Positions 1-13,344 of a DNA stretch of 64,000 bases are shown here, piece after piece. How positions within the stretch are numbered: the stretch's first letter is position 1; each line of letters opens with the position of its first letter. A program made the position numbers and the translations under genes. The stretch is from Octopus bimaculoides (taxonomy: Eukaryota). The stretch spans positions 61,360,926-61,424,925 of the forward strand of contig NC_068982.1 in the NCBI RefSeq assembly GCF_001194135.2. Direction: 5' to 3'. Below the pieces are notes generated by a model, which saw only the letters and a program-made list of their open reading frames with translations, made no database searches and had not been told where the DNA came from.

Positions 1-115
1 AACATAAATTGTGACTAAGGTTTGGTGGAAGATTTTAATTTAAAACTTATGAAAACATGACATTTGTATACAGAGCCAGAGCCGGTTTCAGCCGGGTTGG
101 TAACGAAAGGGTTAA
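1..115. mobile_element. Right end of TTAA-flanked piggyBac-like MITE (family P1), cut by window edge
   Basis: Ends ...AAAGGGTTAA. The body aligns by eye with 5960-6078 (acataaattg...tggaag.ttttaattt...atttgtat..cagagccagag). Confidence 0.6.
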
Positions 116-2821
116 ATGCAAAAGGGCTAAATAAATGTCGATAATGTATGAAATGCTAAATTCTTTTGCCCAATATAAAATTGTCACACGATACGAATAC
201 GAAGGACATGAAAACTGGAGATGGAAGACAGAAAAAAAATGCTTAATTAATTTCTATAAACATTCTTGATAGACAAACTAAATATGACAATTACTAAAAG
301 AACAAACAGAAGTGAGAAAACTCATGTCGGTTGACATTGTCCAACACTTCCAGTAGACATATCAGATAATATAGTCCTAGATACACTATTCCTATGAAGA
401 AAAAAAAAGTGGATAGCTGGAATACATTTTATCATAAATCTGCTGGATCAATTCTAACCCAGGGCTAAAAACTGCATTCAGAATATTATTTTGTTTCTTT
501 GCTTTTAACATTCATGGATTTACAGGACTTTATTGTGTATGTCATACTGTTAAATAAAACATGAATACCATTTAGCTTATCTTTCCATATTTTTACATTT
601 AACACATTTTTGTGTCACTTGTAGTCTACATCTTCATCTGAATGAGATTTTAATATCTAGATAATGAGATTTCTTTGAAATGGAATTTTTAATTTACTTT
701 TTGAATATATATATTCAAATAAATGATGATGATGATGATTGTAGAGGTGGCAGTGTTAGTGATGATAGCAGTGGTGGTAATGGTGACGAGGAGGGGTGGA
801 GACGAAGATGGTCGAGAAAGTGATGATGATAGAAGGAATGAATGGAAGACAAAGTATCAAAAGAAAAAAAAATATTCCGACATTTGTAAAAACAAAAGGA
901 TATAGAAACCAGGCAGTTGTTAAATAGATCACATCTATAATATGAGTTAACCAACTTGTGCGCTAAGATGGCACTCGCAAAAACAAAAAGAAAGAAAAAG
1001 AACACAAATCAAAAAAGAAAAAAAATTACATTAGCAACAATAACTCAACCATTGAAATGTAGAAAGAAAATGACTGAAAGAGAAAAAAAAATCTATATAA
1101 CAGAGAGAGAAAAAAATAAACTGGATGAGAAAAAAATGGCCACCAACTCCCTTGATAAAAAAAATAACTAAAGAATAAATAGATAATTTCCAAAAGATTG
1201 AAACTAATGGAACAGAAGTAAGATTCAGTTGAGTGATTATTTATTTGAAGCCATGTATATCCATTTTTGTGGCTTTCTGATTGAGTACTCAGCCAAACAG
1301 AAATTGACGATTAACAAAACAACTATTTCCTAACCATTTGATAATTGCAGAAAGTTACTTTGGACAAGGGAAGGAAGGGAGGTGAAGCTGTTGGGGTAAG
1401 CCTGCAAACATTTTATGGTTAACTAGATATATCTCACTGAACCTACCCACCATGTCTGCTCATACAAGCTTCCTTTCAAGAGTTCTCGCCACAATTTGTC
1501 TTAATTTTGTTTATGTCAAAATCACTTCGAAGCTTTCACACTTCATTAGTTTCTGATATCGGCAGAAACTCCCCTGACACCCATCAGTAGAAAATCTTTT
1601 TGGATTCTCTAACTTGACCTATAATTTATGCCCTTATTAGATCTAGCTGGCAACAGGGCAAGTTTTCTAAGTGAGTCCCTTGTGTCAAAGCTGATGAAAA
1701 GATTTCATTTTTTCTCTTTCATTGTTCTTTATTCTTCAGCATTTCTTTTCCCATTCTCTTTTACCAATATTATTTTTTCTTCCCATTTCCCTTAGTAACA
1801 ACTCCTATGATATTTTTTGCATGCATTTTTTAGTAACCCTTTTCTTTTTTGTATTTGTATTTAACAACAATCCTCACTGGGGTTCAACTTTACACTGCTT
1901 TGCATATAATCATTATAAGTCTTGTTTATCAGACCTGGAGCCGAGAAAATTTCATCTCAAAGAGACAAGAAAAGAAAGTTTGAAGTTAGCAAGTTAGAAG
2001 GTCGTGTCTTTATCATATTTCAGTTTGCCTGACCTAATTCACAAAACAAAACTACCTCATTGAAGAAATACCTTCGGGAAGTTAACTGTTCAAAAGACGT
2101 CAGAACATTAATGAAAATCTAACCAGTAAGAAATTATTTTTGTTCTACTCTTGGGTGTCGTAAATAAGCCTTCGGAAATCTCCTTGGTTCCTCTTAAGCC
2201 AAATGCCTTGAACAACACATAAGTATGACCTTTCTCTGACACCATTTTTCAGTCTCCACATTTATTTAATTAGGCATAATGAGTAATAACTAGTCATCAA
2301 CAAGAAAAGTTAGTTATGGAATCTTTAACTAACTTTGCAAGTACAGAGGACAGTCAAAAGTTTAAATACACCAAATTACAATTGAAGCAATAGTAATCTA
2401 CATAGACTTTTCTGAATGTTTTAAATCAGATATTTTTAATCAAAAGAGTTTGTCTGTATTCATTCTAAGTTCAAAATAAAGAAAATCTCAAGGTCTTCAT
2501 TTTTTTCTTTTTTTTTTTTTTTTTTTTTTTTGTCTTTTTAATTCAAGGGTTAATCAACATTCAGAATCAAAATGATAACTGATAATTAACTATCTACACT
2601 CACCTATCATGATACATTATTTGCTTTCTTTAGCAAGTAGACTGCACATATGATCCATCTCAGCTGCAATTCCCAAACACGGTAAATACCATTTCTCTGA
2701 TAGTCAACTCTTCACTCACTAATACTAAACAACTACTAACTTTTTCTGTATTTTTTATGAAGCTAAATGGACTCTTCCCTTATGAGCTTGATAACATTAT
2801 ACCACCTCATAGTATGGTATA

Positions 2822-2957
<136 letters not shown>

Positions 2958-3650
2958 CAGAGTGCGTAAGATATTTGAGGACAGATTTATGTTTATAAAA
3001 AAAAAAGACAGACATATAATAATGAATAATAATTTTATTTATCAAAAAATGCTATGAGGATAAAAGTAAACCTTCTTTTCTATAATGTTATTCAATAAAG
3101 CCACCCTCCTCTTCAACAACTGCTTCTATATGAGATCTAAATCATCAACATGCTCGAATCAGTTGGTCCTGGTTCATTTTGGACATTACTCTGGCTATGG
3201 CAGCTTTCAAAGAATCTTTGGCATTATGGCCGTGTTCATTGACCTCTCTCTCTCAACAATGCTCCACGTGTAATAGTCCAATGGATTGAGATCTGGGGTA
3301 TTTGGAGGCCAAATGTTAAGGGTTATGTGATCATGAAAATTTTCAGCCATCCATTCCTGTGTTACTAGAGCCATGTGTGATAGTGATAATATGACAACTG
3401 CGCCCAGCCCGTGATACACTGGGACACCTGCTGAGCCAGACCTGTTCCTCTGACGTTTCCAAGCCTTTTTTGCCATTTACTGGATCCATTTGAGACATTT
3501 TAGAGTAAGTTACAAGTGCATTTTTAGGTTTCTGCCAACCAACCAATTCAATGATTTTACTAAGATTTGGTGTACAGGACGTACCTGTGCAGATGAATAA
3601 TTCTCAGTGGGTGTAGCATGCACTGCACTACTCCCACCTACTGGCCCGGT
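2958..3650 (-). pseudogene. Degenerate Tc1/mariner transposase C-terminus (maT/DD37D-like)
   Basis: Minus-strand ORF contains ...TQEWMAENFHDHITLNIWPPNTPDLNPLDYYTWSIVERE. A downstream frame reads KMNQDQLIRAC..FRSHIEAVVEEEGGFIE* (stop at 3088-3090). TIR-like CAGAGTGCG at 2958. The upper boundary is uncertain. Confidence 0.8.
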
Positions 3651-3724
3651 GTGGCATGAAAATTGATAAAACCAGGAACTTCCATTTAATTTTTATTCGC
3701 ATATCGTACTTTTCTTTTCTTTTT

Positions 3725-3791
<67 letters not shown>

Positions 3792-4524
3792 GTATATTTT
3801 TACTTTTATATATATATATATATATATTATTTGTATTTAAATCTTTATGTTTTTAAATTTCATATCTTTTCCTTTTTTATATTTATATATATTATTTATA
3901 TTTAATTCTTATCTATATTTGCAAATCACATATCGTACTCTTATCTTTCTTTTTTTTCTTTTGCATGAATGAGCTACACAGCATTGGTCACCGGAGTGGT
4001 ATTTGATCACTTTATAGAGTGTTTGAGTGTCGGTTTGATGTCTGGAATGAGATAGCTTACCTCATGGGCAGGTAGAAGCTCTTTAACCTTGGTTGGTAAT
4101 CTACCTACCTACCTACATACATACATACATGCATGCATGCATGCATACATACATACATATATACATACATACATACATACACACACACATACAAAGCAAA
4201 AAGAAGAATGTAGAGACAAATATTGAAATCTGTCATAAATTTCTTTCTTTTGTTTCTTAGGGATACAGTTGAGAGTGTCTTGGGAAATTTTATACTTAAT
4301 GGAACCGATCTCACTCCAAGTCAATCCACAACCAATTTCTTCCAAAGAGAAAGCAATAGTGAGAGAAAAAAAGGAAGACAGAAAGAAACAGAGTCAACAC
4401 TGATTACTAGATTATTTAATTTATTGACTTTGAAAGTGTAAGGAAGAGAAAGTAACAATGACAGAATTTGAACTCAGATGACATAGACCCAGAACAAATA
4501 TTGTAATGCATTATATTATATTCA

Positions 4525-4746
4525 ATGTCTGAGGTAGTGACCTGGTAGAATAATTTAGCACATGAGATAAAATGCTTGGCAGTATTTCTTATAGTTCTTT
4601 GCCTTCTGAGCTCAAATTATGCCAAAATTGACTTGCCTTTCATCCTTTCAGGGTAGATAAAATAGGCACCAGTTGCGTACTGTGGTTGATGTAAACTAAA
4701 CTCTTCCCTATAAAATTACTGGCCATGTGCTGAAATTTGAAACCAT
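4525..4746 (+). mobile_element. SINE family B copy
   Basis: Diagnostic core gacttgcctttcatcctttcagggtagataaaataggcaccag and 3' end ggccatgtgctgaaatttgaaacca, shared with many copies in the window. Confidence 0.8.
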
Positions 4747-5253
4747 TTTATTCAATGTCTAACAAGTCTACCAACTGGCCATCTTGTAATGAATTTCAAA
4801 GAGGTAGTTACTAGAATTAGCAATCTATCCTAAATAAGTCACCTGTATCAACAACACTAGCAGTAACATATTTATTTAGTTTACATAGAGAGTGTCTTCT
4901 GACAAGGAACTTTACTTCTAGTATACACTTACAAACATCTGTTTGTATTTCTAAAGTAAAAAATTTTCATCAAAATCTAACATTTTATACACTACTCCCT
5001 TATTAAATATTAAATGCTATAATCTGTTTCACTTATAGCAACTAAATGTTTAACAAATAGATTATTCAAATATGTCCACGCTGTCTATAATAATGACAAA
5101 CTTTACAACCAGGAGCAATTTTTTGTGACAATTAATAAGCTTGATCTTCTCTACCCTCAGGATAAACATGGTATAAATATTATAAACTAATTTTTCTCTC
5201 AATCATGTTTTTAGAATTTTTTTAAAAAATTTCCAAGCACTGTTAATATATAT

Positions 5254-5286
<33 letters not shown>

Positions 5287-5852
5287 TAAATATTAATATG
5301 TATGCATGTGTGTGTGTATATACACACACAACCATACACATATACAGATATGTATAATTTTAATGAGCTTCAGAGATGTAAAATAGTTGAAGTATCTTCA
5401 TTAACAAATGAGAATTCAAACCAGCCCCTCAGGTAAAATATGTTTAATTTCTTATGAAGCATAATTGAAGCAAAATTATTTCCTTTTCTTTTTAAATGAA
5501 TTTTGCTTATTAAAACACAACCTCTGTAACCTCTACCAAAGTTCATAAAAGATAACACTTTGTCATGTACACCAGTACAAGTTTGTTGTTGTCAAAAGCC
5601 TTGAAATATAAAATACAGGAAAAGCAATCATTTCCTGTGTATAGTAAAAATTTGAACTTACTTAATAATACAACTTCTGTGAGATGGGTATGTGAAATAT
5701 TTAAATACTTGCAGTAAATTAGGTTTTAAAACTGCGTAATTAAAAGCTTGGTTGCCCAGCAAACGATAGGTATATGGTTCACATCCAGTAGAGACCTTGC
5801 TTCTGGGTTTTTGCTGCATTTGAGATATTAGAACTAAATTTTGTTGTAAACC

Positions 5853-6078
5853 TTAACCCTTTAGTTTCAATATTTCTGTTGAATTATACTGCCTATATTT
5901 GAATTAATTTTGAAAATAAGGAAGAATTTAGTAAAACAGCTTTGTTCAAATAAATTCATTAAACTGGTGTGTGAGACATAAATTGACATGAAACTTTGAT
6001 GGAAGTTTTAATTTAGATCACCTTAAACGAGATATTTGTATCTCAGAACCAGAGGCAGGCTGCTATGAAATGAGTTAA
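5853..6078. mobile_element. piggyBac-like MITE family P1
   Basis: Starts TTAACCCTTT and ends ...GAGTTAA, so TTAA at both ends. Homologous to 1-115. Confidence 0.6.
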
Positions 6079-6110
6079 ATGGTTGCTTCTAGAGAATTAA
6101 ATATATATCT

Positions 6111-6520
6111 TGGCCTGTGGCTGTGTGGTAAGTAGCTTGCTTACGAACCACATAGTTCCAGGTTCAGTCCCACTGCGTGGCGCCTTGGGCAAGTGTCTTC
6201 TACTATAGCCTCGGGCCGACTAAAGCCTTATGAGTGGATTTGGTAGATGGAAACTGAAAGAAGCCCATCGTATATATGTATACATGTGTGTGTGTGTGTG
6301 TGTGTGTGTATGTTTGTGTGTCTATGTTTGTCCCCCCAACATCGCTTGACAACTGATGCTGGTGTGTTTACATCCCCGTAACTTAGCGGTTCGGCAAAAG
6401 AAACCGATAGAATAAGTACTAGGCTTACAAAGAATAAGTCCTGGGGCCGATTTGCTTGACTAAAGGCGGTGCTCCAGCATGGCCACAGTCAAATGACTGA
6501 AACGAGTAAAAGAGTAAAAT
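6111..6520 (+). mobile_element. SINE family A (tRNA-derived CORE-type, resembling octopus OR SINEs), near full length
   Basis: A-box-like TGGCTGTGTGGTAAG, B-box-like GGTTCAGTCC, CORE-like CCTTGGGCAAGTGTCTT, an internal (TA)/(TG) tract, and a GAGTAAAA repeat tail. Confidence 0.85.
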
Positions 6521-6844
6521 AGTATCAGAGTTACTGACAGAATTAAACTTTTTTTCATCCCCTTGAAAGAATTTTTTTTCTTTTATGCTCATAGCTTTAC
6601 ATGTATTTATCCACAATAACAGAATTTAGATGCCTCTTCAAATTTCATAATCTGAATTATAAGAACAATTGTATTATAATACAATGTCTCTGCTAATGTT
6701 GCTACTCAGTCATCTATGAAATGAAAATAGAACCAAATTTTAAGTATTGCTATCAATGCACAACATTTAGTAGAGTACCAAATAAAATAACATAAAACTG
6801 TAACTGTAATTGACATTTTATTTTTAAAATATCAATATCTCAGT

Positions 6845-7280
6845 GGACTCTACAAGCAAGGTATCATTTAGATTCTGCAGTCAAACTTTTATAGACCCCA
6901 CACCCAAAACCCCATTTAGATCCTGCTGCTAAAACCTCACTAGAACTGCTATCAAAACCTCATTAGAACCTACTGTCAAATCTTCATTCAATCCTGCTGT
7001 CAAAACCTCATTAGAATTAGTTGCCAAAGTGTCATTAGATCCTACAGTCAGAGCCTCATTAAATTCTGCAGTTAAGGTTTCATTAAAGGCAGCTGCCACA
7101 TCCTCATTAGACCCTACTGTCAAAGCCTTGTTTGACCCTGTTGTCAAAAAACATCATCAGACTTCATTGCCATGGTCTTGAGAGATCCTTCTACCAAGGC
7201 CTCATTGGACCATGTTGTCAAAGCCTCATTAGACCCAACAGTCGACATTTAATTAGAATTTGCTATCAAGACCTCATTTA
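6845..7280. repeat. Degenerate 24-bp minisatellite, about 17-18 units
   Basis: Unit approximates AAAACCTCATTAGAACCTACTGTC. It gives 8-aa repeats on both strands (KTSLEPTV on plus, TVGSNEAL on minus). Confidence 0.85.
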
Positions 7281-7761
7281 ACTCAACTTAACTCCAATTT
7301 AAATATTATGTTGTATTGTCTTTTTCCATTTTAAAAGGAAAAAAAAAATAAAAACAGAACATAACACATTTAAGTTTTATTTGGTTGAGTTTAAAATCAT
7401 GTATTACTTTAACCTTAAATTTAGTAACATTTATGTAATACTTCTCTTACGTATTATACAATTGTCAAATTCCAATAAGAGCATTCAGTGAAAGAAACAT
7501 TAAATTTTTCTTTCTTGCTGTTTACCATCAACTTTTCAATGATTTCAGATATTATGTGGAGTAGGGGTAGAAGATGCTTCAGCAGTCAGTCAATCAGTCA
7601 AACTAGGTGAGTCCAGAATTGCAATCAAAGAAAGGAAAAAAGCACAAAGTTAGTACCTTTGCTAAGACAGACCAAAACTGAGATGCTTCAAATTCTGAAT
7701 TAACCATAACACAAACTAGAGTGAGCAGAGTTTATGTGCCATGCTTAGAGCCAAGTTACAC

Positions 7762-7790
7762 TGATGATGATGATGATGATGATGATGATA

Positions 7791-7869
<79 letters not shown>

Positions 7870-7915
7870 CGATGATGACAATAGCAGTGGCAGCAGCAAC
7901 AGCAGTAGTAGTAGT
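7762..7915. repeat. (GAT)n/(GAC)n trinucleotide tract
   Basis: Direct observation. Confidence 0.97.
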
Positions 7916-9349
7916 AAGATTTGAACTTATATCAGTAATCAGCACTTTCACCTCCCAGCCATTGTAATATTGTAATATAATTTATATTTCTGATTGAACT
8001 TTTAATGAGCACCATCATGGTTTAGTATCCATCTCGAGACAGAATTTCTCCTAAAATTCAACATATCTTAACTTCTATGCTGAAAAGTTTAATAACAGTG
8101 AATGTGATTACAAAACATTTTTACTAACAGCAAAGCAACATGCCTGACAGGATTTCAAACAACTGAAGTACTCCACTCCTAAGCAGTGTACACATCTCTC
8201 TAAATGACTCTTTATATCTGAACATTAAATCAATGATTTTCCCATCAAAACATCATAATAAAGTACTATTAACAGATAAGTCAGTGAAATATTATTAAAA
8301 CCAGACAGTTTATTTGCCAACCATAATACAGGTGAGAAAAAGTATTAGACATTTGTCGTATTACATATCTATTTTATCAAGATCGCATGAATAATCTTAT
8401 GAGATGGCATTGTTCTGTGATAGCTTTATCTAGTAACAAGCAAGTAAGGTAAGAATCGCCTAGCAGAGAATGAAACTAGATATTTAATTAAACAGCGAAA
8501 ACTTATTGGACAATTCAGACATTGATCATGTGGAAAGTGGACAATTGGTGAGACTTGCTTAATCAAGTGGACACTGGTGACATTTCAATGAGATTCTGGC
8601 CAAAATATCAGGTTAACATTTGATTATGATGTTCTTTTTGTAAAAAGAAATGAGAGGGAATGGGAACCCCAAAAAGCAAAAACAAATATTCAAAATAGAA
8701 GAGAAAGAATTGAGAGGATAACAAATTGAAGATGGCAGATGAAGGGGAGAGAGAGAGAGATAGGGATGTAAATATATAAGCAGACAGATAAATGAATAAC
8801 AGCAATGACCATTAAAACAGTGAAATAAGTCCTTCCATGTAAAAACAATAAACAATGGTTTTTCTGACATATTGAAGCTTTTTACATTAGTGAACTAAAT
8901 AATGAACGCTCAATGTTAAGATGTCCGCTTCAGTTTCAATACAAAACAAAGTGACAAAAGAGTGCAATGCATGTATATATGCATGCATACATACATATGT
9001 GTATGTATGAATGAATGTACATGCATATGTATGTATTGATGCAAGTATGCATGTATCTATGTGCAGAGGAATTAATGACTTAAAGCCCAACTGATTACAC
9101 CTTAAAGACAAGAAACTGTTTTCACTTGACATCTGTCTATTCATTTCTCAATCAACAATACACTATGATGAATTGATTAATTGGAAATTACGATTGGAAT
9201 CCTTTATTAATGATTTAAGGAAAGGTGACTAATAACATTCATTTCTCTTTCATACTTTTTATTTCTACAACCTTGTTCTCTTTATATGTCTGTATATATA
9301 CATGTGAATGTATATATACACACACGAGTCTATATACATAAATACATAG

Positions 9350-9404
<55 letters not shown>

Positions 9405-9429
9405 GACATATATAAGTCTATATACATAC

Positions 9430-9461
<32 letters not shown>

Positions 9462-9574
9462 NNNNNNNNNNNNNNNNNNNNNNNNNNNNNNNNNNNNNNN
9501 NNNNNNNNNNNNNNNNNNNNNNNNNNNNNNNNNNNNNNNNNNNNNNNNNNNNNNNNNNNNNNNNNNNNNNNNNN

Positions 9575-9628
<54 letters not shown>

Positions 9629-9939
9629 CACAAACAGAGGAATTGTTAACTTGAAACATCTATTTTATTCACACTTACTTTACCTGAAGAATTGCTTCTT
9701 TTTCTTTTTTTATTCCTCTCTTAAAGATGCTTTTTATAAAGCTACAGTTCTTAACTTTGGTCTTCACTAGATAATCAATACTACATATGTACACACATGT
9801 AAACATGTATGCATGCATGTGTATGTATGCATTTATATGCACCCATAACTTACCAGTTTCAAGTTGGGCATGTTATTGTTTATATGGTATAAGCCGTCTA
9901 CATAAACACACACACCAGACTGTATAGACAGACAGCTGG

Positions 9940-10335
9940 ATATGTATAAGTTTGCTTCCCAATCACATGGTTCTGGGTTCAGTCCTACTGTATGGTACCT
10001 TGGAGAAGTGTCTTCTACTATAACACCAGGCTGACCAAAGCCTTGTGAGTGGATTTGGTAGACAGAAACTGAAAGAAGGTTGTTGTGTGTTTATGTGTTT
10101 GTGTTTACCTGTGTTTCTGTTTGTCCCCCTTCATCACTTGACAAACAGTGTTGGTTTGTTGATGTCCCTGTAACCTAACATTTTGACAAAAAGAGAACAA
10201 TAGAATAAGTACCAGACATATATAAAAAGAAAAAGTACTGGAGTCAGTTTGTTTGTCTAAACCCTTCAATGTGGTGCTCCAGCATGACTACACTTCAAAG
10301 ACTGCAAAGAGTAAAAAATAAAAAATAAAAGATAA
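9940..10335 (+). mobile_element. SINE family A copy
   Basis: ggttctgggttcagtcc...ttggagaagtgtcttctactata...gaaactgaaagaag...gtgctccagcatg. Confidence 0.85.
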
Positions 10336-10369
10336 GTTCTGCCTCGTAAAATCATGGAAACAAACAAGA

Positions 10370-10660
10370 ACTCCTGGTAATTAGCAAGATACTCAAATAT
10401 CTTAACTTGTATAAGGATTGTCAATCAACTGCATCAACTCGTAATTCACCAAGTCAATTAGAAAGCCTCTATGTTACTATTGAAACTACTAGAAAGCGCA
10501 GTCAAATCTCCCTTAAATCATACCTTATTGTCTTAAATAAAGAACTCATTGATTAATGTAGCCTAACATAGTTCTAGAAAATGGTGGGATGGTCATGAAT
10601 GGAATACCTTTGTTCATAGGTCTGCTTTAATAAGGCTGACCTGGAGCTAAACAACAACGA
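10370..10660 (+). mobile_element. Interspersed repeat family D (unclassified, (AAC)n-ending)
   Basis: aatctcccttaaatcataccttattgtctt...ggatggtcatgaatggaatacctttgttcataggtctg...gctgacctggagctaaacaacaac. Related pieces at about 22560-22730, 25610-25780, 28900-29108, 46790-46860, 54190-54245, 59200-59260 and 59745-59946. Confidence 0.7.
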
Positions 10661-10777
10661 TAATTCATTCCTAAGAAAGTCAAGTACTGCTACTTCCAAA
10701 CATTTGGAATCTTGAAAAGCTAAGCCTCTGAGCAACCATTAAATGTAAGAGCAGTTACAATATCAAATAGGTAAAGA

Positions 10778-12005
10778 CATGGCTGTGTAGTAAGAAGCTT
10801 GCTTCCCAAGCACATGGCTCCAAGTTCAGTCCTACTGCATAGAACCTTGGGCAAGTGCCTTCTACTGTAGCCTTGGGACAACCAAAGCCTTGTGAATTGA
10901 TTTGGTAGATAGAAACTGAAAGAAGCCCATCATATATATACATGGTCTGATCAATAAGTATCCAGACTGTTGTCATAGTAATGAAGCTAAAGCATGCAGA
11001 GTGAAGCCACTTGACACACATTGACCTTGAACTCAGGTGTGCATGCGCACTAAGTTTTAACATTCTAGCTCACTCCCGTTGTTTACAGCAGTGCTTGGAA
11101 GGAAGGTGTGTAGCATATGATTGTTGTATTGACCATGACAGAGAAAGTTGAGCAGAGAATCAGTATCAAATTTTGCCAAAAGCTTGGTGATACCTGCTCA
11201 GAGGCCTATGCAAAGTTTTCAAAAAGTTTTCATCGTTCTCAACACAATCAAGGTGAACTGAAACCCGAGAGTTGTTTTGGTCAGGTAAAAGCAGTTTTGG
11301 CACAAACTTGGCAGACACGAGTCTCATACCCAAATCTTCAGTGATAACAAACTGAACTGATCTGTAACTAATCTGCACATCCTCTGATAACTCAAGGATG
11401 GTGATTCAATGATTTCCTTTCACAGCTGCACAGTACATTTGTCAATATCCACATTTTTCAGCCATCTTGGAAACATATGAACCACTCGTACACCTGTATG
11501 CAGCTCATACACTCCTCTCCATACACTTTCTGCAACTTTGTGCTGGCCTCTGAGCAGATATTGCTATGACAACTTTCTCTATCATGGTCAATGCAACGAT
11601 TACATGCTACACACCTTCCTTCCAAGTACTGCTGTAAACAGCAGAAGTGAGCTGGAACATTAAAACTAAGTGCGCATGCACAGCAGAGTTCATGATCAAT
11701 CTTTGCCAAATGGTTTCACTCTACATGCTTTAGCTTCGTTACTAGGGCAACAGTTTGGGTACTTATTGATTATGCCTTGCATGTATATACATATATATGT
11801 ATGTGAGTGTGAAATATGTGTGTGTGGGGGGGGGTGTATTCCCCACCACCAGTGGTTCAGCAAAAAGGTACTGAGAGAATAAGTATCAGGCTTAAAAATA
11901 AATATTGGGATCAATTTGCTTGACTAAAATTCTTCAAGGCAGTGCTCCAGCATGGCTGCAGTCCATGCAGTCCAATGACTAAAAACAAGTAAAGGAGTAA
12001 AAGAA
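10778..12005 (+). mobile_element. SINE family A copy split by a nested mariner MITE
   Basis: 5' half at 10778-10940 ends at gaaagaagcccatcatatata. The 3' half resumes at about 11785 and runs to the gtaaaagaata tail. Confidence 0.8.
10941..11780. mobile_element. Mariner-derived fold-back MITE with about 280-bp inverted arms
   Basis: Left arm (catggtctgatcaataagtatccagactgttg...) is the reverse complement of the right arm. Both encode the transposase N-terminus (MTEKVEQRISIKFCQKLG on plus; QKVYGEECMSCIQVYEWF on minus). The minus strand also has EDLGMRLVSAKFVPKLL. Confidence 0.85.
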
Positions 12006-12944
12006 TAAACCACCCAGAACACATAAGTTCAGACCATATGTCAGACAGCACAACATCTTTCTCATTTGCTTCTGTCTGCATCAATGGAAAACATGTACTG
12101 GGCTTCTGTTAGTGTGGGAATTTTATTGATAAGAACAACTGAAAATATAAATTCCCACAGCAAGTCCTATGTAACTATCTGAGTTTGCAGGCACATCTTA
12201 TCCTCTTTTACCTGCTTAAGAAGATGAATGTAAAGTGCATATGTTTTTGTAAATTCAAAAGAACAAAAAAACTAATTTTTTTACAAAAGTACTTATTCGA
12301 AATCAAGAGTTAACAAAGGATATTTTCATACAATGTATACCTGTTGTCTGGGGTTTACTAACAGTAAAAACATGGAAAATTTTGGCAAAGAAGCCAATGA
12401 ACTAGAGTGCGATTCATCATGCTTGTATTTTTCTTAACAAAAACCCAAATCTCATTTATCATTTTGTGGATAACTTACTACAGTTTCACCAAAGTAACTG
12501 GTTTTGTCCCATATTGCTATCATTAATCAAATTTTCTACAGATAACTGACATCTTCATATAGGCATGTATCATCATATTCATAACTGAATACTATTTTCA
12601 AACATACATACACTTTCATGTGTGTAAGTGCATGTGTATAAATATATGAATATACAGGCATATATACACACAATTATATAATAAAAAAAATACTTAGTAA
12701 TATAACTGTATGTGCAAATATATGAAATACATACACTCATTCCACAAACACATACATTTGTGATAAGTATACATAAACGCAATCATACATAAGACACATT
12801 TCTAAATATATAATGCATACAGAAAAAGCAAATGTACACACATATTTACTTACAAATATATATGCATTTGTAATCAAGCACTCACATCTACACATGCACA
12901 CATTCAGAAGACACAAATCTCCAAATAAATGTGTGTCTCTGAGA

Positions 12945-13038
<94 letters not shown>
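12945..13038. repeat. (GA)n microsatellite
   Basis: Direct observation. Confidence 0.98.
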
Positions 13039-13041
<3 letters not shown>

Positions 13042-13344
13042 CGTAAACACAAAATCTAATAATAAATAATAAATAAAAAGTTTTTGTCAGTCATTTTTTT
13101 TTTCCTTTACATCTCGGGAATCTTCTCTTCAATTACCCTAGTATGAAATTTAACATTTCCTGCCCTCACATGCAGTTTACCCTGTCATCTCAGTTATCGG
13201 CCCGTCTTAAATTTGGTCCCTCCTCATCATAACTAAATATCCTAGGAAATCAAAGACCCAGCAGAAATTGTAGAATGGGTTACTCTCAGTTTCATTTGCA
13301 GGCATAAATACCTAACCCAGAATTATCACAGAGCCAAAAGAGGA

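Noticed and set aside
715-1171. ORFs rich in M/V/D/K/H
   Set aside because: Low-complexity (GAT)n and A-rich DNA; no domain or splice support.
6111-6190. tRNA gene
   Set aside because: A/B boxes are present but I found no cloverleaf; it continues into a SINE body.
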